Shown here: piece after piece, positions 24,744 to 35,400 of the stretch
How positions within the stretch are numbered: position 1 is the stretch's first letter
Layout: the number at the start of each line of letters is the position of its first letter
Assembly: GCA_946965045.2 (NCBI GenBank)
Contig: OX337241.1
Coordinates: 558,001 to 622,000 of the forward strand
From: Epithemia pelagica
Lineage: Eukaryota; Protista; Bacillariophyta
DNA: 64,000 bases
Reading direction: 5' to 3'
Notes under the pieces: generated by a model
Databases searched by the model: none
What the model was told of the DNA's origin: nothing
The model's input: only the letters and a program-made list of their open reading frames with translations
Translations under genes and position numbers: made by a program

Positions 24744-26357
24744 CTTGGTCTAAAACGTTTGAAACAAACAAAGAAATCCGCTTCGGGTTGAAACTTGATG
24801 TGTTTCGACGACAGTCGAGAAGAGAATTTATGAACTGGGTGGGAGATTGAGGATATCATGAATCATGACATCACGTTACAACACCACGTGAAAATCCTTC
24901 CCGCCAAATTGAGAGTGGGTGGTCGGTGGTGTCCATCAACACGTTGGATCCTATTGTCCACGTGGGTGAGCTGACGTCATATTCTTCATTCTAATGCCTA
25001 CAGTGGCCAAACTCTTATTGTTAGCTGGTTCGCGAATGCGTTCATTTCCTTAAAGGATTATTTACAATTGACAAACCTGAATACGTGTGATAAGGAAACT
25101 TTTTGCGAGGTTCCCTTTTTTCGCGTAGATTGGGGGAAACAGGATGCACGTGTGGTATGTCCGTCACCAGTTCTACTCGTTGGTGTGAAGTTTTTGGGGT
25201 GACTTCATCAGATGTCTGTAGAGCTTTACCTCGTTCGTAGCATTACAAACTGCCAGATCACTCCTAAATACACGTGACGTCATCCGTTTCTTGGGCAGAA
25301 TCGAACGATTTTATTTTTTTCGGAGTCTCCTTTTTGCTTGCTGTGACTGGTAACTGATGATGCGATGCAGTCCAGCAAGATGCATGGGGCCCATGACGTG
25401 GCTTCTGGAAACGTCACCTTGGGGGATTCCCAAAACCAGGCGAATGCGAACGCCCAATAAAGTGAGAGGAGTATGAGTAGCTAGCCTCTCTAGAGATAGA
25501 GGTCGCTCGGAACTCGGAACGTTTGTTTCTAAGTCGAGTGTGGAGAATGGGACTATGTCTATCATCTACTCTCTCACCTGCCGCCATTTTACCATGGAGT
25601 ATCTTTTGCGAGTTCTTATCATTCAACGAAGCTTCAGGTACGGATACCTAACCAGGGTGATGAAAGTCATCATAATACTCTAGGTAGATCCTCTCTTCCT
25701 CTAGATCGTCCAAACCCAAACGCAGACAAGGACGCAGTAGCCATGATCTGTGTGATCGACGCGGCTCGTAGGCTTTCTTTCATTACCTTGAATGCGTGCT
25801 GTTTGTGTCGTCCCGCAGATCCACAAAGGTTAACGATGGAGGATTAACGATTGGCGAAAAAAGAAATACGATCATGCATTGTATCGAACGACACTTTTAC
25901 AGAAACGTTTATCATCAGTTCCTAGTTCCCTCTCTACCATCATACATCATACCATCAACCATCAGTGATGAGCATTCCTCTTTCTTTTCAGTCGAGTCGT
26001 TGACAATTGGCTCTACCACAACATAGTTCGTACCGCTTTCCTCATTGCATGTAGGTGATTCATAGCTCATAGATGCCAATGCGGAACAGGAGAAGCGAGA
26101 TGAGAAAACATGATGGAGAGGCAGAAAGGTTTCCTCAGACGACTTCTCATGATTCATGATGTGTATAACTTTGCAGGTCTAATTGTGCGTGCGACTGTGG
26201 GGTCATTCCTCTCTGTTGCAGTTGTCGAATTGCGCGAGCCTCGATTGGTGCCCTGTTTCCTGTTCTTTCAATTCCTGTTGTGCCCTCTTTCTGCACTTTC
26301 TGTCTTCTTTTCTCTTTTCGCTTGTCTCCTAAATCCCCGTAGCTAGCTACGGGGAAT

Positions 26358-26449
26358 TGACGTCATACTATCGTCATCATATGACGTCATCTCGATACGG
26401 GGAATTGACGTCATACTATAGAGACGCAAAGAGCCATCATATGACGTCA
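26358..26449. promoter_or_regulatory. Cluster of four TGACGTCA (CRE/CCRE-type bZIP) palindromes upstream of iota-CA 2
   Basis: TGACGTCA at 26358, 26382, 26406 and 26442 in an A-B-A-B duplicated arrangement, 130-220 bp before the ATG at 26579. Confidence 0.75.
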
Positions 26450-26578
26450 TCTCGATAATACGTATTTGGATTTGGGTTCAGATTTCATCTGCATTCATCA
26501 ATCGACAACAGTCATAAAAATCTATCTTTGAGAAGCCTTGTCATTTTGTCGTGTCGCTGATCTAGTTGAATCTCCACC

Positions 26579-28103
26579 ATGTCGATTTCCATGTCCAAGA
26601 AGACCTTTAGCCAGGCCGTCATCAAGGCCATGAAGATGCAACGATCCTCTGTTGTTGCTGCCATGCCCTCGGTCCAAGGCGGTGCTGCTCCGGCCATGAA
26701 ATCTATGAATACCCGCATGTTCACCTCCGCGGCACTCAAGTCCACCACGGTCGTGCAAGCTCCTTTTGAAGCCTCCAAGCCTGCTCTCTTCTTTGGCGGT
26801 GGAAGCAAGGCGTCCGCCGGAACTATTTCCGAAAGTGAAGTGCGCTCCTTGTTCAACCTCTGGAACGACGCCTTGGCCACCCTTGACTCTGACAAGGTTG
26901 CCAGCCGTTACTCCTCCAACCCTATTTTGCTTCCTACCGTGTCCGACACTCCCCGTACCGACTACGCCACCATCAAGGACTACTTTGACAACTTTTTGAA
27001 GTTGAAGCCCCAAGGTGTTATCTCTGAGGGCAAGATCGTCATGGGAGACGGCTGGGCCCAAGATGCCGGAATCTACGAATTCACCATGGGTGCCACTGGA
27101 GACAAGGTCAAGGCCCGATACACCTTCACTTACGTCAAGGAAGGCGACGAATGGAAGATCTCCCACCACCACTCTTCCACCATGCCCGAACAAAAGCCCT
27201 CTATCGACGAAGCCGGTGCCAAGCAATTGTTCCACTTGTGGAACGACGCCCTCGCCACTTGTAAGTCCACACCGTCTCGACAAACGATTTACTGATCAGT
27301 TCAATCTAACACGTGCTTTCTCTAATTCAGTGGACTCTGACACCGTTGCCAAGCGTTACGCTAAGAAGGGAGTATTGTTGCCCACCGTCTCTGACACTCC
27401 CCGTACTGACTACGCCACCATCAAGGACTACTTCGACAACTTCTTGAAGATGAAGCCCCAAGGTGTTATCTTGGAAAGCCATGCCACCATTGGTGTCAAC
27501 TGGTGCCAGGACGTTGGTCTTTACGAATTCACCATGGGTGCCACTGGTGCCAAGGTTAAGGCTCGTTACACCTTCGTCTACGTCTTTGAAGACGGCGAAT
27601 GGAAGATTGCCCACCACCACTCCTCTATGATGCCTGAGGCCACTATCCCCAAGGCCATCACCGAAGACGAAGTCAAATCGCTCTTCAGCCTCTGGAACAA
27701 CGCTTTGGCCACACGTAAGTTTACAAACGCATTTGAAAAAATGTCGTGACCACTGATTCTAACTCTCCTCTTTTCCCTCGCAGTTGACAGTGACACTGTT
27801 GCCAAGCGATATGCTTCCCAATCTGTTTTGCTTCCCACTGTGTCTGATATCCCACGAACTGACTATGGAAGCATCAAGGACTACTTTGACAACTTTTTGC
27901 AAAAGAAGCCCCAAGGTGAAATCTTGGAATCCAATGTCCGCATTGGCCACAACTGGTGCCAAGATGCCGGTATCTACGAATTCACCATGGGAGCCACTGG
28001 TGACAAGGTCAAGGGCCGATACAGTTTTGTCTACGTCTTTGAAGATGGCGAATGGAAGATTGCCCACCACCACTCGTCCGTCATGCCTGAAAGCTTCCTT
28101 TAA
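26579..28103 (+). CDS. Iota-class carbonic anhydrase (LCIP63/COG4875-like), 3 domains, mitochondrial-type presequence; exons 26579-27260, 27331-27714, 27784-28103
   Basis: Same three HHHSS-ending domains and the same two phase-1 intron positions as the 18-kb paralog (1386 nt total). The N-terminus is K/R/S/A/M-rich, has no acidic residues for ~60 aa and has no hydrophobic signal core. Confidence 0.88.
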
Positions 28104-29940
28104 ACAAAGAATAGGGGAGACAAGAAGCATGGAGACTAGAGGTATTCATTAAAACTTTTTAATATCACAGACAGCAGTTGATAAGTCACTAAAAACATAT
28201 ATGAATCGGCTAACGAGCCGTGGATACAAAGAATGACTCTTCATCAGAACACAAGCTCTTCTGAGCAACCGGGCAACATCGTTTTTCTACCCTCAATCTC
28301 TTGTCCCCTGTTTCGAAACGTTCATTTGAGTAACAGAATCATTGGTTGAGCAAAGGGTCATTTCCGTCACGCTTAAGAAGAGACGAAAATACCGCGTTCC
28401 GTGTTGGTTTCACGTCCCAAATCCATGCCCTTTCTGTAGAATCCCGTTGCATGACTGGACTGTTTGATACACTTAAAACATACCCTTCTAGCTAAATCAC
28501 GCCTTAGGATCAACTTCTTGTCCTTTCTGTAGTGGCTGATATCGAGTGTCGAGCCTCTTGTTTCAATTTTCAACAGACTCGTAGCTCGTAGCCTACACCT
28601 ATATTCTTCATAACCGAGATTGGCATTGAAAATTGACAATTGACAATTACTGACATGCCCACTTTTGATTCAAGATGTCCCTTGTCCCTTGGTATTTCAC
28701 ATTGACAAGTCCTCCTATTTGCTATTCGTACTACTCCTCTAGAGGAGTAGGTAGGAGTAGGTTACTATTCGTACTCCTACTCCTACCTGGTACGGCTAGC
28801 TCCTCTAGTCCTGTAGCCTCTAGCTACCTAGCCTCTGGTGAACAGAAAATCAGAACATCAATCGCCTTCTGTCGGAAGTAGAGTACTCGTACTGTATATG
28901 CTCGTACCTCTGATTTCTTATTGTACCTCGGATTGATATGGTCGAGGGCATATAAGTTGTTTGTTTCTCAATCACAGTTCAGTCACAGATGGTGATGGCT
29001 GGCCTTGTGAGTTGTTAATCATTCCAAGTAATAGCTCTAGCTAGCTATCCTTCCCACTTTTGTTTGTAGGAGGTACGCGAGAGGGAGTATATACGTACTC
29101 TAGTAGTAAGACTACTTAACGGTGATTCAATCCCTTAGAGGAGGGTCGCCCGGCGCGGAGGGTAGAATTACGAGGAGGGCTTATGTTCGAGGAGGGCGCA
29201 TGCCCGAAAAGACATTTGCCCGTCGAGTCATTCTCCCGACAAGCCGGGCGCCCGACGAGGAAGGAATGAGAAATCACAGGGGAGTAATCTGCTTACTTTA
29301 TATCTAGGTATGTAGGTAGTGACTAACGCCCGGTTTTATTATGAGATGGGATGTCGCAGGGACATAATGTTCCTTGCGCGGCTCACCCATGACGTCGCGC
29401 GATTCGCACGATTACTACTTCCCGGCTCTACAAAAAATTCTACTGTAAAATAAAAATGTGAGACGAACTAACTGCATAGCTGGGTATATAGTCAGTAGCT
29501 CTAGCTATATAGCTAGCCCCGTCTTGGAAAAGGAGGAATTTTTAAATTTTGAAACGCCACACAAGGCGTCACATCCCAGATCTCAATTCGCAATTCGAAT
29601 GAGAGCCATAGAGATGTTCCAGTCAATGCCAGACGATGATCTTGGGTGTTCCAAGCAGCCGAAACTAGTTGGCGTGCGCATCCATGTCGTCTACTCGTAC
29701 TCATTCGTAAGCCCATCATCGCGTTTTGGTTGTGTCAAATCCGTAGCCTCCGCAAACCAAAACTCCTAACACAACACCTAACGCCTAAAGTCTGAAGTGG
29801 AAGGTGGAAGGTAGGATACGGGCAACTGGGATAAGTCAGAGAGCACTAACATATAACCGAGAAAATTTCGACAACACGACACCACACGACGGTCTCTTCG
29901 AGCTTCGGATGCAAGTGGGGTATATATCACACAACAAACC

Positions 29941-30810
29941 ATGTCTAACTTGAATGCGGTTATACCACAGCTGAATGAGCAAGCTATTAGATCGATGAGA
30001 AATAGAGAGTTTGCCATCGCTTCCTCGCTTTTATCTCACGGGATACAACAACTTGAAGAATACGAAAAACAAGGAGACCTTAAGGAAGAAAATGTGAGTA
30101 ACCCTCATAGTTCAGGGAACACCAAGTGCAACGATATCAAGACAGCAAGCAGTGTGGATCAAGGCTCCACCTTTTGTCCTAATTTCGGATTGACAAGTCC
30201 TTCAAATGCCTCGTACTTGTCATGTGACATATTTGTTGATGTTTCGATTTGTGTCCATGAAATGGCTGTGGATGCTGGGTCGTTTCGTTTTTTCACCAAA
30301 GCCCTTACAATACCGAGAAGTTCCTTGGATATAGTGTATGAAAGCGACTACCACATCCTTTGTGCTATCCTTTTATACAACATTGGCTTAACTCTCCAAC
30401 TTCAAGGCGCCTATGATCGCGAACTGGACAGGCAAGTTCATCAAGAACGTCAGAATAACAATTACCTACAGGAAGCTCTTCTTTCGTATGAAATGGCCTT
30501 GGGTCTTCTCAGTATGGCAGATGATCACCCCTGGTCTACGCTCGTGGAGCTGGCACTCCTCAACAACTGTGTTGCCATTCATTACCTCAATGGTCTCCAA
30601 GATACTGTTTCAGAACAACTTCCCTCTTGCATTGATCGTATGCGATTCCTGTTCCAAATTGTCATAAGCAACGCCAAACACACCAACGGATATCTTGTTT
30701 GTGCGTCCATACCAAGGATACAGGTTCCCACCCGCGAGACATTGCGTTTCATGGCGTTAAATTTAATGCACAGTGCGATGGATCTCATTAGACCGGCATC
30801 AGCAGCATAA
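29941..30810 (+). CDS. Hypothetical helical (TPR-like) diatom-family protein
   Basis: 289-aa ORF with LNEQAI..M, AILLYNIGL, LALLNN and a terminal ASAA pattern typical of an expanded diatom family as I recall it. Confidence 0.65.
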   Translation: MSNLNAVIPQLNEQAIRSMRNREFAIASSLLSHGIQQLEEYEKQGDLKEENVSNPHSSGNTKCNDIKTASSVDQGSTFCPNFGLTSPSNASYLSCDIFVDVSICVHEMAVDAGSFRFFTKALTIPRSSLDIVYESDYHILCAILLYNIGLTLQLQGAYDRELDRQVHQERQNNNYLQEALLSYEMALGLLSMADDHPWSTLVELALLNNCVAIHYLNGLQDTVSEQLPSCIDRMRFLFQIVISNAKHTNGYLVCASIPRIQVPTRETLRFMALNLMHSAMDLIRPASAA

Positions 30811-30932
30811 CACACGGCAAGTTTTGCTCGTTTTTTCCCTGTACAAAGCATGGAGACACAGTCAAAGGGCATTTCCTCCTGCGATCAATTTACCTAGGTA
30901 ACAACAGCTAGTAACGAAACTCTTTAAAACAC

Positions 30933-31914
30933 TTATAGAAAGTCGCCACTATCCGTAGAAAGGTCTGCAACGCACTCTTCCGCCTCTATCAACAGACGTT
31001 CAAGTCGATACCGTTCTGCTTGTAAGCGTTCGTTTTCATCAATAAGTGCAGAAGAATGGTCTTTCAGATTTTGCAGCTCGACACGTTGTCGCTCTCGCTT
31101 TTGTCGAGAGCGGAGCATATCAGCCATTCTTCGTTTTGCCAATCTTTCTTCTTCGTCGTTGCCTGAAGGTGCATCGTCCGACATTTCCCCAGAAACATCA
31201 AAGCTTGCACCAGCCTCGTTCGTGTTCGTCCCGCCCACTGTGCGTTCCGTGAACTTCTCCCACAGTCCATGACTACATCAGTGCCTTCTTCATTGCGATT
31301 GCGCCCCTTGACAACAAGGAGTTTGTCCTTGTACATTGCATATTCATACCCCATGCGCTCCCTGCACCAGTTCGAGAAATCCTCAAACTTCCATTCACCG
31401 CCCAGAAACAACGGAATTCCTGTCTTCTTTAGGCCCAGGTCCAACAACTCGCTGAAGATCTTGTTTTGTTCGGATTCTACGTGAATCTCGATTTTCAACC
31501 ATGAAGTCATATAGAATTGCCGAAGAAGATGAACAGCTGCCTGAAGAATGTCAGTCCCAAAGGTTGGGTTCTTTTGCTGTGGTATACTGAGCAGATGAAA
31601 CTTGAGCTTAACAGGGAAGATGTTTCTGAGGAGGGTCGCTCTTCTTCGAATGAGTTCCGCGTCCAGTGGTCGCTTCGTTCGAGGCGTGACAGCAACCACG
31701 AATGCGTGAACTCCATCGATTTGGGCCGTATCGTCTTCCGCAAGGACTTTGCACCAATAGAATGTGCCCCTCGACAGGCTGTCAATGGAGACACTTAGGA
31801 TGCGCTTTCTGGGATCGAGCAGAACGCATTGCATACCAGTCGTAGTGTTGGGCAGAAAGGCAGGACAACCTGCTCTCAAACTCAGCAAGTCGTCAGGGGT
31901 CAAGGCCCCTGTCC
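30933..31914 (-). pseudogene. 3' part of a Copia-interrupted gene (CRAL-TRIO-like domain + C-terminal bZIP-like region), with an additional frameshift near 31270
   Basis: Removing 31915-38213 rebuilds LPLTLTGT-GALTPDDLLSLRAG in frame with the 38616 fragment. A basic+leucine-zipper segment (RRMADMLRSRQKRERQRVELQNL..L..ENERL) lies in a different frame. Confidence 0.75.
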
Positions 31915-32377
31915 TGTTGTTTTCCTGCTACCGTGGGCAACAAGAACGAGCTCAACCCGTGTAAAACAAAGTTAAGTTGTGTGCTTAGTCTTTTACTTCT
32001 ACTCGTAGCGATGGCTGTGATCCGTTGGATCATCGGCCGTTGGATAAAGTAGATTGGAGATCTTTTTGCGATCTTGTTGCAATCTTGGTTTCCTATGTAT
32101 CGTCGTCCAGCCCGTTCTTGCCTGTCAGAATGTTTAGACGACGACTGTTATGGGATGCCATAGGATCTCGTTTCTCTATGTATTGGACTTGTTTGGGCCG
32201 TTATTGTTGATGACGCGTTGCTCCAAATGAGACTTGGTCGGCCCATTGGTTCATTTGTTCTGTTTGAAATAACGATGGTACTCGTCTCTTGTCGGTCGAA
32301 TCTTCTACTTCCGAATGCCGGTTCCGAATATTGGTCGCACTTCTTCATTCACTGACCATATCTCATTATTTTGAACA
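31915..32377 (-). repeat. 3' LTR of Copia 1 (463 bp)
   Basis: TGTTG...TTGAACA, matching 37745-38207. PPT GAGAGGGAG (minus strand) directly adjacent at 32378-32386. Confidence 0.95.
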
Positions 32378-32404
32378 CTCCCTCTCGGCCGAGTAGAGTC
32401 GATG

Positions 32405-35400
32405 TTACCATCCTTGTATACTCTCGCGATGTTTCTCGAACGATGATTCGTTGAGCGATTTAGTGAAGATATCCGCGGTCTGATCGTCTGTCGCACACGG
32501 GTGAATCTCGATCTCCTTTCGTTCCACAAAAGATTTAAAATGGAACAACTTGGTGCACAGATACCGTGTCCTGGGTCTGTACTTGTATATCGTTGCGAGT
32601 TCAACCGCACCACTGTTATCTTCGAAGGCCTTGCAGTGTATATTGGGTGTCGTAGAGAGAATAGGGAATCCCAAATCCTTCATCTCACGAGTGATCGCCA
32701 TCAACGGAATGACGGTACGTAGTGCGTGTGACAAACTGATGATCTCTGCTTCTGTGGTTGATAAGGCTATCTCTGACTGCAGTTTTGATTGCCAGAGGAT
32801 GGGGCAACCTGCATAGAAGACCACAAATCCCGTTCGAGACCGAGCCATGTCCTTGTTTGGGTGGTCGAGCTTGTTAAAATTGCCTGCAAAGTCCGCGTCG
32901 GCGAACACTTGGAAAGATTTCGTGGTGTCGGGTTTTAGTATCATTCCTTGCTTTCTTGTCCCGGCGAGGTAACGTGCTATGTGTTTGACGGCTTTCCCAT
33001 GAATTGCTTTTGGGTTTTCGCAAAATCTGGCGCATTGGTGGACGGCGAAACTAATATCTGGTCTCGTGCTCTTTTCCAGGAAGTTGAGTTTCCCGATCGC
33101 CGACCTGCAATGGAAATGGTGATCAAAGGCTTTTCCGTCTTGGTCTTGTCTCAAGCGTACTGTGGTTGGTGCCGGTGTTTCTTTCTTCTTGGTTGATTCG
33201 TCGGCAAGGTGAAGATCTTGGAGGATTGAGTCGATTAAATGTGGCTGAGTCAAGTGGATGGTGCCATCCTCTTTTCTGTCGATGTTGACCCCAAGAAAAT
33301 CGTTGACTCCGTCTTCATATGTCATCTTCAGACCACTATTCTCCATTGTAACAATCAACCGGTCGAGTTCTTCTTTGTCAGGACCCAACAATAAAGAATC
33401 GTCCGTATACAAAATGTATACGCATTTACCATGATAAAAGAGGCACTCGTCGTGTGCACTTTGTTGGAAACCGACTTGCTTAAGTCGTTCCACGAGGTGT
33501 TGATTCCATACTCGGGCACCCTGCTTCTGCCCATAGTAATTTTGCTTGATCTTGAGGACATAGTCCTCTGCTCGCTGGTTTCCTTTTGTATCGAAGGTGA
33601 AGCTTTTCGGCGCTTCCATATACATATCAGTCTCTGCGACTGCTTGCGTATATGCCAGCACATAATCTACCTGTTTGATGTACCATCCTTGTGTGAGTGC
33701 CATTGTCAGGATGAATCTCACGACAGGCCATTGAATCACGGGAGCGTAGGTTTCCCAATAGTTAACCCCCTTTTCTTGCATGGACCCATCATATGCCAAT
33801 CTGGATTTCCATTTGTAGACTTCTCTAGTTTTTAGTCTTCTCTTTCGGACGCAACTCCACACTCCTCGAGAGATTAGCGCCCCTTTTGGAATGTCCTTTC
33901 GCTTGACCACCTCCCATAGTCCATTATCGCTATGATCTTGAACTTCTTTCTGTGCTGCCTTGATGAATTCCGCTCGATCCTCTTGTTTCATCGCTTCATG
34001 CCAGTACATAACATCTGGATTGCTGTTAGCTTGAGCGGTATTGACTGTCACAGTTGGTTTAGCTGTGATAGCTACTTCTCCGATCGCGTCTTCGGGCTCT
34101 TGGAGCGAAGTCAAGTAGTCTTGATATCGTTGTGTTCGACGAGGAGTACGTTGGGACCGCCTAGCTCCCTCATGCTCTGGCATAGTTTCTCGTTCTTCCA
34201 TTGGCGGGTTAGCATCGTTAGTTTGGTCCCTGTCTTCGGGTATCGTAACGTCGATCTCACGTCGGGATGACGTCGTTGTACTTCCGAATTCCACGCGTGG
34301 TTGATTCTCCCTCATGCGTGGTCTGGATTTTGTGAACCCTGCCTTATACTGCCATTGAGATATTGGTTGGGCCTCTCCAAAACTTTTGCGTATAGTTTCA
34401 AATTGGTCATCGTATTGAACATGAAATTGAGGTGACGTCAATCCGGAAGAAAGGGATAAGATAAGCCCGATTGTCCTTGCATGTTGGGGAGAATAGCCCA
34501 AGAAAATGCCAACTCGAGCTCGTTCGGACCATTTGGGAATTGGAGTTCCGCTTTGTAATTCGTTATCGAGTACGTATGCTGGGCATCCGAACGTATGTGC
34601 AAGTCGTGTATTGAATCTTACCGTTGAACCTGTAAATAGTTCCATTGGCGTCTTTTCCTTGTGTTTCTTCATTGGTGCCTCATTGAACATGTCGTTGGCA
34701 TAGCGGACTGCATAGGGCCATAAGTTCGTCGTCACTGTGCTAGGCCAGCGTCGTTGGGCGTGTATTAGCATTGTTCTTCCTGATTCTTGTAGTTCTCTAA
34801 TACGACGTTCGGCCATGCCACTTTGAAAATGGGCATTAACCCCACTGAAGGTTAATCGTTGATTCTTCATTTGTACCGCTTCCCGGAATTTATTATCGGC
34901 AAAGATGCCGTTATCGGCGTGATAATGTCGGATCTTGACTCCGTGAGTGTCTGCCCAAGCTTCAAACCGTTCTTTAGCTTCGATCGTATCTTTAGCTGAT
35001 GTAGTCCGTTGAAGGTGTACATAGCCTACCCCTGAGAAGTGGTCGACGAAAACCGTAGCCACCCTATATCTGTCCCGTGTGGGAGTCCCTCGTAGATGCG
35101 CAATGTAACCCGGAGTCTTTGATATCATTTGGTCGACTGATACACATTGGCCCGGTGACGTCATAGTATCTAGTGTTCCACGATGACCTTTGATTCGCCA
35201 GGGACGTCGCGTAGCTTTCCCGTACATACACGCCGTACAGACCGGGACCTTACAGTTTGCAAGTCGCTTTGGGAGTCCTCCTTGGCGTGCCAGGCTTTGG
35301 ATTTTCGCCATCGACAGGTGACCCATTCTATGATGCGTTCGGAGTAACTCTAGCGTTGGACTTTCAGGGAGTACCTCTTCTTCATTAGGAATCACGTGTA

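Noticed and set aside
25311-26157. Short minus-strand ORFs between the carrier-like and iota-CA genes
   Set aside because: They cannot be joined by plausible introns and contain no recognisable motif.
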